DNA of 64,000 bases from Asterias rubens (GCF_902459465.1 NC_047067.1:19778001-19842000), one strand, 5' to 3'; shown: positions 10,059-22,918, counted from the stretch's first letter. Program-made: numbers and translations. The notes: generated from the sequence alone by a model not told the origin.

Positions 10059-10254
10059 TAAATGACAACACAACAAACATGAACACAACAAACATAATTT
10101 ATTTTATTTCGAATGAAAAAGTGGTGGCGCCATACGGAAACTTTTCCCTGCAGGGGTCTTGGTAGTACAACACAGTACAGTACACTTCACAATCAATCAG
10201 ATGAAACCGACTTTCACTTCCATAGTGTTCAGTGTTTGTTGTTGTAATTAAATG

Positions 10255-10445
10255 AATGATAATGATATCGAAGTCTTATATAGCGCACGTATCTACCAAA
10301 CAAGGTACTCAAGGCACTGAGTATATACAAACTATCAGAAAGATAGGTTATTGCAGTGATGAATTCTGAGACCCAATTATTTAGCACCTTATAAGGGTTT
10401 TACAAGGTAAGGTGCTACGGCGCATAAAGCAGCCACAACCAGGAA
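10255..10445 (-). mobile_element. SINE/LINE 3' fragment with L2-like tail
   Basis: The minus strand ends ...GTAGATACGTGCGCTATATAAGAC followed by ATC/ATT-type short repeats. Confidence 0.5.
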
Positions 10446-10676
10446 CCGACTATGTCACCCGGAAAACTGAACACGGCGGATAACTGAAACCGCCACACCG
10501 GGCTAGCGGCAATTTCGACACCTGTGTGCCACTTGTGTCTCTGACCAAGACACTTCACCAGAATTGCTTTGTCTCAACTTGCTGGTGAATGGCAAAATAC
10601 GAGTGAGCGGGGTCGCAGGCAGTTAGCGTAGGACGTCTCATGTTTGAATGGGAAGGGAAAACAATGTTTATCATAC

Positions 10677-10848
10677 CTCTGGATCCTTGAGATTGCCAAC
10701 GTCCATGCTTGGGGCTTGGACTGCGGGTCGGTTGACTCTTTCGCAGATGATGATTCAGATATTCTGCTCTGTGACACAGCTCCATGACTACAGACGGGTG
10801 CCCTCTAAGGAACAGCTCAGGTTCCCGTGTCATCAGTGATGGATTTAT
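10677..10848 (-). other. Candidate internal exon of an unassigned transcript (172 nt)
   Basis: Acceptor ttttcgctcaacag| at 10850-10849 and donor GAG|GTATGA at 10676. One fully open frame (INPSLMTREPEL...SQGSR); no recognisable homology. Confidence 0.45.
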
Positions 10849-12060
10849 CTGTTGAGCGAAAAAGGAATAAATAATTAAATACATGTAGGCACAATTCATT
10901 TGAAACATGCTGTGACTATGGGTCTCAACCAAATTGTTTTAAAAATGATTTTACAAGCAAAACTAGTTTGACATTTTAGTCTGATGTCTGATTGTTATTT
11001 TCATTTTCGATTTCGAGCTGAATTCTCAGGGTCACAATAACAATGAAATTGTTTACGTCCAAGCTGACTTTAAACTTACTGGGCCTATAAACTTGATAAA
11101 TTATAAAATGGCATTTTGGGTCGTGAACATAGTTTTCATTTTTCACCCGCTCTAAAAAAATAAAAAAATAAAATTTAAAAAAATAAAAAAATAAAGTTGT
11201 TTTTACAAATAAATCAGTCAAACAAAAACAATCGAACAAAAAACAACAAAATCCAAATTAGTAAATAAAAAAAATAAAAAAAAGCCGAAAAAATAACTAA
11301 TAAATAGGAAGTGCAAGTGCAATCTTTGCTTACTGTCAATAGGCCCTACCTATTGCCACAGACCGGCTATGAATGTGTAGTGTTCCAGTCATCCAATCCG
11401 AATCCAACCAAAACAAAACTTACAAACTTAGCAAACAAAAAAGTTTAGGCCCATGGTGAAATTCGCAGATGACGACGGACAGCGAACAGAATAAAAGAAG
11501 ATCTTGCCAATCACAACACAAACAAAGTCTAGTCAGTAGTCCTCATTCGGGATCGTACCTCTGATATGCTCTGATCCATGCATGGGACCATACTTATTCT
11601 GAAACTTCTCAAAAATTAGGGCGCTATTTATATTCTAATTTTATCAAAAGTTGTCATAACAACTTCGCTCAAATTGTCTTGTAAAGCACCGACATCTCCG
11701 TGAATGTTTTACCAAAGCAAATTACCAAGGTAAGACAAAATGCACACATGGGACTATACTTTTATACCACAAAGAAACACCTATAATTTGCACATAGCCG
11801 CATAGTTTTATATCCGTACACAAAATATGCACTATACGTTAAAATGTTCACTTCCCCAAAACACGAGAGGGCCTACTTTAATTTCATGACATTCAGTAAT
11901 TTTCTTCCTCCATGCAGAAACCAACTTTACAAACGGAAATTTCTCCCAGTTTTATCGACCTTTCGAATGTCATTATCTCAGAATATGCCAGAGTCCATTA
12001 TTTCCAGGAACATTCATTATTTCCTGAACAACGTTTGATAAAAATGCAAAATAATCTTAC

Positions 12061-12370
12061 CTGAAAATAGTGAACGAGGTACGGGGCCACAGGCGACGAC
12101 AAGGAAGCAGGGAGGCAGCGCACGTGGTTATAGCTAGCGCATGCACGCTGCTGGAACGCTGTCCAACTCCTGAGGGCGCTGTTCATCGCTATCGCTTAGA
12201 CTTGATTCAAGTCCCATTCTCGTGTGACGGGGCCCTACGCATAAACCGTAGCATAAAGTACACGCTGGCCGTCAAAATGTGGTTCCCAGAATGGAACAGG
12301 TTTGAGTGCAGAGCATCACAAAACAGTAGTTTTCTGGCGATGGCTAAGAATTGGGACTTGAGTCAAGTCT
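12061..12370 (-). promoter_or_regulatory. CpG-rich promoter-like region with candidate first exon ending at 12061
   Basis: Donor CAG|GTAAGA at 12060, E-box CACGTG at 12121-12126 and NRF1-like GCGCATGCACGC at 12137-12148. Confidence 0.45.
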
Positions 12371-12592
12371 AGCTATCGCTTTACCCTGCTTATTATTTCA
12401 GCGCACCTCCCCTGTCCAATGCCCTGTCTAATGCACTGTCTTGGTTCGATCTGTCCTTACTCTATGGTTCGACATCCTTATAATTAACATAAACTGTTCT
12501 GCAACAACAAACCATTAAGTTTTTAGCAAAAATCTGAGACAAAAGAACAACTTAAAGCGACACAACAATATAATCATGTGACTAATAAAGAT

Positions 12593-12598
12593 TTTATT
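12593..12598 (-). terminator. Candidate polyadenylation signal (AATAAA) ending a ~2.6-kb FRS 3' UTR
   Basis: TTTATT on the plus strand at the end of a long AU-rich stretch downstream of the FRS stop codon. Confidence 0.35.
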
Positions 12599-15169
12599 TC
12601 ATATAAATAAGTAGATCAACCGAATCTAGGTGTTTATACGTAGATACTACCTTGTGAGCCCAATTATATTAGAATTATATACAGACACTTTTTCAGGAAA
12701 TATATTTATATAATTATACATAAAAACTACATATACAAACCATGAACTAATTCAAATATTAAACAATTAAAAACATCGAAAATGAGGGAAGTTGAAATAA
12801 TTATCGGAATAAAAATAGGAGAAGTGTATAACTATTCATTACATACACATGATACAATATTTAAAAAAAATCAAACTACAAATTAAAATTCCACTTTTAT
12901 AAAATGAAGGTAACATTTGGTCGCTACCTCATTGGATCATTAGTAATGCTAAAATATCCAACTAGTTTGACCAGCAGTATCATTACAAAATTAAACCCAT
13001 CAAGTCCAGCTTTGGGTCTCCCAAGTCAATAATATGAAATCTTTTCTCTGCTTTCTTAGAAAATGCCCTCACTCTTACCCTAACCCGGGGTTCCTTCACC
13101 TTTGTTTTCATTTAACGTCCAGAAGAGTTAACCAAATTTTTTTTTCACTAACCCAACATGTAATAAAGCACACAATTTTCCTGCCATAAAAAAAAAACAT
13201 GGAAGTGAAGTTCAAAAAGTTGCATTTTTGGCAATCTTATCCCCTTATTTCTGTGGTTAATAATACTTGTTCTCATCAAATTATTTACCAAGACTCATCA
13301 AACCGTTTCATGAAATTAAAAACAATCACTCTTTGGGATTTTACCACTGTACCCCTCATTTATGTGACAAAGAAACATTTTTTACTGGATTGTTGGACTA
13401 GTCAAGAAAGGATTTGATTCACCAGCCACTGTTTTTACTCGCTTTTGGCGACAGGGCAACCACTAATTTCAAACCCTGTCACCACACACCTCGAGTAGCC
13501 CTCTACGTACATATCCGGCCAGTAAAGACAACAACTAAACTTTAACAAAAATAATTGGTTACCAGGGTTACTCAATAACTAATTTTGAGGTGGCACAGTT
13601 CACTGTTTCTGTTGCATGACAGGTTTCTTTTAAAAAAAACTACAAATTTCACAATCTACAACAGTGCTAAGGTATAAATTAACATACAAAAGTCACTGAC
13701 AGATGAAGGTGGTAGTTACTGTTGTACATCACACGAGGGCCTAATTTGATGAAACAGAGAACGCTGCTAAACACTTTTCTTTTGCTAAGCAAAAAACAGA
13801 GCGGGGGGGGGGGTGCACAAGTGGCAACAGTGTAAACTTCACGGAATGTTGGCTGGTAGTCTGCTTCAGCACACTTCCTCTCTAATGGTTATGGTTTACA
13901 CAGATAAATAGTTCCACTTTTATGGAACGAGTATATTCTAGTATTATTAAGTATAGGCCTAAAAATATAGGGGAAAACAGGGTTCAATACACAAACCAAA
14001 TTTAAGTAATTTAATCATTAGCTAGTCGGGACAGAATTTCGATTAGTCCTCAGGCTTTTGGCCATAGAAACACTGTTTAAGAGAGAAAGCTGGTAATTGG
14101 TCGGTGAACCATTTGGATGTGGGAAAAAATTCGCAAGCTTGACACAGCTCAACGCCAGAACCCAAGTTGCCTATAAAGATGTTGTCTGCTGTTTATCAAT
14201 TGGGATTCTACTTGAATGAGTTCTCTTACTTCTTTTGTTTTTGGTCTACTTTCAAGGTCTAGGGAAAACACTTTTCCGCCTCTTTAGAAATTCTGGACAG
14301 AACCCAGTTTCCGTTTATGCATTTTTAGTACAATGTGACATACAACTGATGTCACAGAGTTCTTGCAGCTCTCCTAATGGTCAAAACCCCCAAAGCACTG
14401 AACTGATTGGCCTAGTCTGATGTCTGAAGGTAACGCTCCTAATTGGCCAATTTACCTTGAAGCAAAGTTTCTGATTAGTCACTGCATCATTGGGCTGTGA
14501 TTGGTCAGAGCTGAGACAGGAAATGAATCCAATTGGTTCACCTTGGGATGCAACGTTCTTAATTAAATCATCACACACTGAAGTCAGGATGCCACTCTTG
14601 GAATTGGTGAATGTTTTCTAAGAAGAACGTGATATTTAATTGGCCAGTTCACCTTGATGCAGTGTTGAATATTAGTCATAAGACACTGGCTTTCATTGGC
14701 CAGCACTCTACAGGCTTAGCACCTGATTGGTTGGTTCGCCTTGATGCAGGGTCATATTATCAGGCAAGGACACTAATTGGTTAGCCTCATAGAGACAAAT
14801 CACTGGGATTGGTTGGTTACTGACTAAATGCCCCTAAACAACAAAACCAATAACTTATTTTGTTAACAGTTTATTTTTCAAATTTTAATTCATAGTTTGT
14901 TTATGGGTAATTAAATTTAGGATTAAAACCGTAATAACCTCATCATCATTTAATCATACCAATATCAAAAACGCTGTAGGTACATTTCTGAAAAAAATCT
15001 TCCAGAACAGTAAGAAAAAAAGTAGCAATTTTGGTGTAAATTTTGATCCATGTAATATGTTCCACTTTCAAATGACAACTGTATTAAGTAAGTTAAATCT
15101 TAACACATTGAATTAAGCATGGCCAGCCATACCAGAGTTTCACGAGTCACCAAACATTTTCGTAGACAT

Positions 15170-16213
15170 CTACCGAATCTTACTATCGTGTCTCGTCCTT
15201 CGCAACGAGCCACCTGGAAGATCAGTGTCATCAATCTGTCTCTGAGAGTTCGCCAACGCCGTAGTCCGATTAAAATCAATCAAAGCGTATGTGTCCGTCC
15301 TGCGACTGGACCCTTCCGAGTTCAAACTAGCCGGGGTCTTCGGCGGTGAGCTCGTCATACTCGAGCTACGACTCTGACGTGGCTGAACAATAGGCGTACA
15401 ACCCGCGGCGTCCATCGTCTCCAAGTCTAAATCGGCGTAATTCATGCGGCCCTTCGGCACCGGCTGGAGAACAACATTCGTAGCTCCATTGAAAACGGTT
15501 GGTCTAATCCCGACCTCTGATAGCACATCCAGATTAGCGTAGCTGTGTTCACTCACGGGGGACCGGTTACCCCCGACGCTGCCGTCGAAAATGAACTCCG
15601 ACCCGGCACTTCCTTTGCTCGATGACGTACTGCACGGTGAGCGTAAATCACAGCAAAAGACAAAGTTGTTATGGGGGAGTTCCCCTACAGTGTCCAAGTT
15701 AGCGTAGTAACTACTGCCTGACGTACGACTACTGGGCGTCATCAGAGACGTCACGCTCATAGGGCTGGTAACAGACGCCGGTGATGCATTGCTGGTCGTA
15801 CAATCATGATTACCAGCTTCTGAGGAACACACGACGGTCTCCGGTAAAGAGATCACATTTGCATTGCTGTTTAAGTTCAGACCACTGTTTTTCAACGGTG
15901 CCGTATTGCCGTTCACGATGTCCTGAACTGACGAGGGTTTCATGTAGTAGGGCTCAGGAAGGTTCGCAAGTGTCCGCGTCGTCATTGCCGATGACGGTAA
16001 CCTGATGCTGTCCATGTTACCGTTGACGTCATTTTGCACCTGGGTCAATGTATCAGTGTCTGTCATGTCTGTGACTGTGAGCTGGGTCAGATCTTCATCA
16101 ATATCATGTTTAAGACGAGCGTAGTTGACATTGGGGTCGTCCTCTTCGGAAGAAGGTCTGCTCTCTTCACTCACTTGAGGTAACAAGGAAGCCATGACTG
16201 AAGAGGAGTCAAC
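15170..16213 (-). CDS. FRS2: FRS2/3-like adaptor, last coding exon (tyrosine docking tail)
   Basis: Acceptor actccag| at 16215-16214. Contains YAN motifs (Grb2 type) and NYADLDL / TYALID motifs (SHP2 type). The C-terminus YALIDFNRTTALANSQ...RRTRHDS parallels FRS2 YAVIDIERTAAMSNLQ...RKTRHNS. TAG at 15172-15170. Confidence 0.9.
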   Translation of the reverse strand, partial: VDSSSVMASLLPQVSEESRPSSEEDDPNVNYARLKHDIDEDLTQLTVTDMTDTDTLTQVQNDVNGNMDSIRLPSSAMTTRTLANLPEPYYMKPSSVQDIVNGNTAPLKNSGLNLNSNANVISLPETVVCSSEAGNHDCTTSNASPASVTSPMSVTSLMTPSSRTSGSSYYANLDTVGELPHNNFVFCCDLRSPCSTSSSKGSAGSEFIFDGSVGGNRSPVSEHSYANLDVLSEVGIRPTVFNGATNVVLQPVPKGRMNYADLDLETMDAAGCTPIVQPRQSRSSSMTSSPPKTPASLNSEGSSRRTDTYALIDFNRTTALANSQRQIDDTDLPGGSLRRTRHDSKIR

Positions 16214-16716
16214 CTGGAGTAGTGAATAAGAAATGCGAATTAGTTGCGCTGAAATAATGAGGTTCAAAACATCATACGGGCAGTGGGGGAAGAAAAATTT
16301 GTACACTGAAATATACGATAGCGATTGCGTTCATGGTCAAATTAAATCTAGCACATTTTAAGACTTGTCAAACCATTAAACAAACTTTTCCACTGTAACC
16401 CTCGTTTACTTTGATAAGGAACAATTTATTGACTCGCCAACAACTGTTGCAAGGATTGTGACTCGCCCACCACTGTTGTCAGTTTAAATGTCAGAAAGTG
16501 AAAGGCGAAAAAATTGCCACTGTCCGAGATTTTAAAAAGTTTGAAACGGAAAAAAAAAGTGGTTTTTTTTTCAAAGCCTGAAAGTTAAAAATCCGCCAAA
16601 TGTCATTCAAATCTCATCCCTGTTTAAATACTCATAAAACATTGGATCTATGGATTTATCATTTTGATTATTCTAATAACACGAGGTGGGAACATTTCTT
16701 AAATTTGTTTACTCAC

Positions 16717-17084
16717 AGCATCTTCTTGAGGCGACTCTGGAATATCCGCAAAGGAGTTAGCATTGATGTAATGCACTGAGGTCCCCGGCGAAGACGGACT
16801 CTGCTGCCCTCCTGAGGCGGTCGTCGACGTCGACAACGATCGGCCGGTGAATGTTGCCAGACCGTAGGTACTTCCTGAAGCGATACTCCCGTTGTCCGTA
16901 AAGTGGGAGGGACCAGCCGAGAATGGGGATAGAGCCGGAGATGCCGTTTCCATCGGCGTTGTTCCATTGCTGGTTTCTGACGCAGAGTAGCTGCCGTAAC
17001 GGTTGGTGCCACCGCACGTCTGAGCGTTCTCCTGGACGTTGCGGAACAGGAACTCTGCTCGTTTGCATTTGAAGGCATAGATAC
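16717..17084 (-). CDS. FRS2: FRS2/3-like, coding exon 3 (end of PTB domain GIYAFKCKRAEFLF, then linker with HYIN)
   Basis: Acceptor ttttag| at 17086-17085 (phase 1) and donor GCT|GTGAGT at 16716 (phase 0). Confidence 0.9.
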
Positions 17085-18366
17085 CTAAAAGAACAAAGGT
17101 GAAGAAAACATATACAGACCAATTAATACATTGGCTTACACGAACAAAATTAAGATTTGTTCCAAACTAGCATTTACATTCAAAATAAGGTTTTAGCCAG
17201 GAGTTGGTAAATGGGTGTCAAATATTGCTGGAAACTTAAAAACTGGCCGTCCAACTTTGTTCACATTAAATGTAAATGACAGACACAACAGGGTGTCTAA
17301 ATTTAAAACAGGGTGTCCGCAAGACACACAAACACTTTGTTTTGTATATAATTTACAGTTAAAAGTTAAGTTGAATTTAAACATCTCTTGCATAAACTAC
17401 ATGTACTACACAAATCAACCACTTAAATTTGAATTCCTCAGACCATAGAGACAATTGCTCTGTTACATGATTAAGGCAAGCTTTTGAAGAGTTGCATAAG
17501 AGACACCGAACACCCTTACACAATTTTCAAGGAACGTGTATGACACAATGGAGCCAGGGTATGCTCATCCGGAGGTTGCTATTCAAAAGCTTGCCTCGAA
17601 CCATATTTTGACATACATTGTTGTAATAACTGTTTTCTTTAGTGTGAGGAGTTCAAAATTAAGTGGTAACTTGTGACTATAAGGTAAATCATTGTGCCAG
17701 ACATAGTTCAAATCAAACTCAAGAGTGGCTTCTTGCCAAGCATGTTATCTCTAAGTATGTTAAGGTTATCAATGGTTACATTCTACCAGTTGAGGAACTG
17801 ATAGGGATTATGATGGCTCGCGATGCACTGTAACTACATTGTACATTGTACAGGCAAAAGTACCTCCCAAAAGTAGCCATGCAATGTTGTAACCCGAAAA
17901 ATAGCCAACAAGAAAATAGCCAGCCACACTTTAATTTGCAAAGTGTTTTTCGGTTTTCTATTTTTCTATTAAAGACAATTTTTCTTTTAACTGATCAGGG
18001 CAAAAACTCATGGCTCTGCTTACCGTAAACAAAAAATCGGCGCTTATGGGAGCAGGGAATTCCTCGCGTATTTCATAGATTAGCAGGTAATTTTTTATTG
18101 TGCTCGTGCGTACTTCACTTTACTAGGCATTCTTTGCTTACACAGCTAGTGCAGAAATTTGGCGTTATCACAGTAAGCGGAGACTTTGTAGACACTCTCT
18201 CAAGCTATAAAACTACCTTGAATACTCACTTGCTTAGTATTAGCTTAAAGTACGTCATTAGCAGAGTTCTTTTTTCTATGCGACAGGAGTGTCTTTCTGA
18301 CATACATGGCACACTAGAAATTATCATTATTTCTAAAGCTAAAATTAGACAAGTACAGACAACTAC

Positions 18367-18553
18367 CTGGCCCAGTTGCACAACGACGTCCGCTCTCGAA
18401 TGAAAATAACTTCTTGTCGAACCCGTACCGTCTGAGACTCCTCAAGGGCCACTTGATGGGGTCTTTTCCTCTCTGGTGTAGGATGATGTCACTCTTTGTG
18501 ACCTCAATCACAGCACGTCTGACCTCTGTTCCTTTATCATCAACGTTCCGAAC
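18367..18553 (-). CDS. FRS2: FRS2/3-like, coding exon 2 (IRS-type PTB domain)
   Basis: VRNVDDKG...WPLRSLRRYGFDKKLFSFESGRRCATGP matches FRS2 LRRYGYDSNLFSFESGRRCQTG. AG/GT boundaries at 18555-18554 and 18366-18365. Confidence 0.95.
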
Positions 18554-19127
18554 CTAGAAAGATATACAATATTTGATTTGATTTGATGTGATTTGAAATG
18601 GCTTACTGAGAAAAAATGCTAAATTGCACTTAAATTACAATAATTTAAAATTTGTTAATTACAAAGAAAAAAAGGAAAAGAAAACAAATTTAATATCAAG
18701 AGAACAAGCTTTATAAAAATTATTATAACGGAAGACCTCCAAGAACTTTTGTATTCATAATTGACACAAAATTATTAACATTGAGATATCTGCTACACTT
18801 TTCACATATCCATTTTTATGAAAAAAAGTTTTAAAACCAACGATGTAGCAGCTATCTCAATGTAATTTATAAGTTAATTAACAATTGCTGTATAAAAAGT
18901 GATTGAGTTTGTCAAATATATGATGTGCAACGAGTTGCTCAATATTTATCTGTTGTTCATTTAGTGGCTTTGTAACAAAAAGTGTACCGATGATTGTGGC
19001 TGTGAACATTTATACTTTTCACAAAAATTGTTTAATTTGGTTTTGCCCTTGGTTCCCCTCCTAGACAGTCTTCCTTTCTCAGGAAAGATTGCATTTCCTT
19101 CCAGAAGGAGATTTCAAGGCCTTTTAA

Positions 19128-19507
19128 AGACAGTGGACACTATTGGTAATTACTCAAAATAATTATAAAACCTTTCTTGGTAACGAGTAACGGGGAGAGG
19201 TTGATAGTGTATAACATTGTGAGAAACGGCTCCCTCTGAAGTAAAGTAGTTTTTGAGAACGAAGTAATTTTCCACGAATTTGACTTCATGACTTCAGCTT
19301 TAGAATTTGAAGTCTCGAAATCAAGCATCTGAAAGCACACAACTGCATGTGACAAGGGTTTGTGTTTTCTTTCATTGTTATCTGGCAACTTGGATGACCA
19401 ATTAAGCTCAAATTTTCACAGGTTTTTTATTTTATCATTATGCATATGTTGAGATACACCATTTGTGAAGGCTAGTCTTTGACAATTACCAATAGTGTCC
19501 AGTGTCT
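19128..19507 (-). mobile_element. MITE family A copy (FRS intron)
   Basis: Same TIRs and body as 2261-2638, inverted. Confidence 0.8.
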
Positions 19508-19845
19508 TTATTAAAGCATAAATCATACAAGACTTGTATCCGTCCCTATCCCTCTGCTACCACTTCCCAGGTTGTACTGTAACTGTAAACTAGTTGCAAT
19601 ATGGCAATTACAGGGCACCCTCAAAACAAATTATTGACAAATAGGGAAACACTGTCAAGTTTCAGTTTTCCACTCTGAACGAATATCAACAGGATCAAAT
19701 GATTTGTTTTTCTTCATTATACACATTTAAAGAATTGAAATTTTTCCTTCCCCTTCTATAAGGACTCTATCTCTTGCAAAATCATTGCATCACAAAACTA
19801 ACTTGACCTAAGAGCCCCTCTTTAACAGAGATTCCAGTTTCTTAC

Positions 19846-19908
19846 CTTAAACATGTTCTGCGCTAGTTTGACATCCTTAGGACGAATACAAGGCTGCTGG
19901 TTGCCCAT
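19846..19908 (-). CDS. FRS2: FRS2/3-like, first coding exon (MGNQQPCIRPKDVKLAQNMFK)
   Basis: Met-Gly start, an in-frame TAA 5 codons upstream, donor AAG|GTAAG at 19845 in phase 0, and exon acceptor at 19948-19947. Confidence 0.85.
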
Positions 19909-20121
19909 TCTGATCTTTGTTAGTTAGTTCCCAGTAAGCAAGAAATCTAGTAGAGAAAAAGAACAAAACAAAAACTGAAATGCGTACAATTTTCCTTTCC
20001 TCCCATGCGTCATACAATCATTGTTCATCATCTGCTCTTTCTGTGTGTTTTCTGCCTCTTTCTCTTTTCATCTTTTTTCCACTTGACTGCTTCTGTTACA
20101 TCACCTGTTTATGTAGGTTGA

Positions 20122-20176
20122 CATTTACCCTTCGAGAAAGACTCTAGGGTTGAAGCATCAGACCATTAACTATTTC
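20122..20176 (+). mobile_element. Solo decayed remnant of the PLE terminal repeat/hammerhead
   Basis: CATTTACCCTTCGAGAAAGACTCTAGGGTTGAAGCATCAGACCATTAACTATTT aligns to the PLE repeat. Confidence 0.7.
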
Positions 20177-22918
20177 TTGCACATTTCCAATTCATCACGT
20201 TCATTCAAAAAGTCCCCATGTGAACATGTCCCAATAATTTGACCACGCATCATTTCTTTATCAAGTGAATAAGACAGTACAAACTCATATTTTAGACTGT
20301 GATCGTAAACATTGTGGATGTACGGATGCCTTTCAACATGTTTAATACAAGTCTGAACATGCACACAGGTCGAACGACCGTATCATGAACGGTACATGCC
20401 CATGATGTAATGTAGGTATTTGAATGGCTCTTTACACACACCCATTAAAAGGGTGTGCAGAACATTGGTAGAATGGAAAATATAAATGTTAACATACATA
20501 TATGGTAAAAGGCCTTAAGGTAGCCATGGAAGGAAACTACACTTTTAATATTTCTATGATATATCTTACTATTTGGCATGATATTTGGTCCATGGAAAAA
20601 AGTAGGAATATTTTATAAAGTGCAATGGTCTGACCTACACACACACATAACATATAAATGCACAATTATTTCTACATTATTTCAGTTTGTTTTTAATTTA
20701 TTCATAATAGCACTTGAGTGTACCACTTAAAACACTCAACCCGATTGGAGAGAGGCACTTCTCCTCTCTAATTTCCTCCTTCTTCTCATCATAATCATTA
20801 TCCTGAAGATCAGAACCAACATCTCAAGAGAAATAGACTATCCACAAATTAAATTTTCTGAGAACCCAAAATGATGATGGTTGTTTTCAATGTCCTTGAA
20901 GGATGTATTGTACAGCCCACACACTCTGCTTACTCACCACATAATGTACAGTTTAAGCATCCCTCACATAGTAGAGACTACAGGGTTTAACCATAGAGCA
21001 AGAACCTATAACCCAGGTAAGTGGGAGGGGTATGGGAAATACAGTTTCCATGAGAAAAAAAGAACGACTTTTTCTTAGATTAGAAAATCTAAATACTGGA
21101 AACATTTTATGAGGCAACAAGGCTGGATGGGCAATAGGTTCCCATTGAATTCACAGAAGGGCACAATATAAATAACACATTTCCTAAAATTATAGCGCTT
21201 TATCACACCAGAGGGCATCTCAAACACTGCTTCTTTACATGCGAAGCTATACACTGTAGGAATTACAAGGCGGCTGTGGGGGCTCTGTTGCCCTGGTCTT
21301 GGCCTTGATGCCCCCTCAGAAGTTTACCATAGACTTAAAGATTTTCCAATGGAAGTGCCCGCTTGCAAAATGGAAATGTCCCTGCCCAGGCATATAAAGA
21401 GAAGGTTTGACCATGGTTTGACGACCCTCCCTTAAACACACACACACGTTTACCAATGTCAGAGATCAAAGACTTTGTTAACGTGTGACCACCAAATTGT
21501 GAACATGTTTCAGAATATTAAATGAAAATATCCCTGTCCTCGCATGTAAAGAGAGGGTTGACAAGCTTTCCTAAAACACACGTGTTAAAAAAATTTGCGT
21601 CAACAAATTTGCTACCACCAAATTGTACTTACATGCTTCAGATAATACTCCTTCAACCCTAATGTGGACCTCTGCATGTGGCCAAACTCTTAACACTCAC
21701 TCCTGAGATCTTAATGTCTTAACAACAAATGACACGCCGAACCATCAGCAAAAACCATCACTGTCCGACTAATAACTGAAGAATGCACCTGTCTGTGCTA
21801 TGGTCTGAGTAGGTGCATTTATACAACTAAACCTAATGGCATATTTCATCCCAAATCCAGAGCAAATCCGTTAGCCGATAACACTATTGATACCTCAACA
21901 TTACCTAATTCAATTAACGAATGCACCACAAAGGAGATTACATACTTTTCATGCAGTAATCCACATGTTCCAATACAGCAATGGCTAAGCCGTACATCTT
22001 ACATGGTTTGACACAAAAAAGTAAGTTGAAAACAAGGCTCTTAAGGATTGAACATCCTGTGCTCTCATCACTGGAGTATGCAGCTCTTGCAGACCCAGCC
22101 ATACTTTAAGAGATTAGCTCCCCACCACCTTCCCTATTCATCTTCACCATCTTTGTCTTATAAGACACTTCTAGGGTGGCCCTCCATTGACCTCTTCAAG
22201 AAAGCATCCAAGTCTTAGAATCAATGGAAACCATGCAGCGTTGCAGCCCCCGGTCTGTTTGAAGTTCCTAAAAGCACAGGCCCCACTGCAAACAAAAGAC
22301 GTCAATTTGTTTAGCGGGAAAGCTACAAGCGTGCGCTTGAAAGCAATTATAAACTCTTTTGAGGTAGTTTTTCACGTCCGTGGAACTTGACAAGGTAAAC
22401 TTAAGACTGAGGGATGGGAAAGGGGTGATGATTATTTAGGGTTTAAATTTGGTGAAAGTTGACAAACATGTGTCGTTGTTTAACGACATCAAAGCACTGC
22501 TCTATCTAATCATCTTAGCCAAACAGACACTTCTTACAAGTCGTGAAAGAATCTTTGGTGCATAATGTACGAGTTGTGGCCTTAACGTGTTGTATACATG
22601 AAAAAATACAACACTGGTGGTGAGTACAAAAAAGAAAATGTCAACAAATCAGGTGAAAGGTTTATAAGGTGAGATTTTATGAACATTTTTAAATCCTAGG
22701 ATCTGAAGGAAAAAACAATTTCCACTTGTATGTGGATACTTTATAAAAAATAGGGATACTTTTCAACGCTGGGATGCTTTTCAACGCTGAAATGTCCAGC
22801 TGAACCACTTTGAGTGAGTGTTGACTGGTCCTTGGAAGTTTTAACTGGCAATTGGCCAGAGGACTACTCAATAAGGGAGAACGCTGTCTTGTCCTGCAAT
22901 AAGTCTTGAGTTTGATCT

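Larger units (their letters stand above)
6246..10098 (-). mobile_element. Penelope-like retroelement (PLE), probably Neptune-type, apparently full length
   Basis: Single RT plus GIY-YIG ORF, identical 82-bp direct repeats at 6245-6326 and 10004-10085, and a 12-bp TSD TTATTTTATTTC at 6234-6245 and 10099-10110. Confidence 0.93.
6151..10147. mobile_element. Small ~130-bp MITE (TIR GGATAACTTTCCGTATGGCGCCACCAC-like) split by the Penelope-like element
   Basis: The left half (6151-6245) and right half (10099-10147) reassemble to match the intact copy at 47099-47230. Flanks CTGCATGG/CTGCAGGG are a possible 8-bp TSD (Merlin-like GG termini). Confidence 0.8.

Noticed and set aside
10445-10620. Further coding exon downstream of 10677
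   Set aside because: Frames close quickly, and 10510-10575 resembles a SINE core fragment (CACTTGTGTCTCTGACCAAGACACTTCACC).
16713-17122. Two 121-aa ORFs overlapping FRS exon 3
   Set aside because: They are alternative frames; splice phase and PTB homology fix the true frame.
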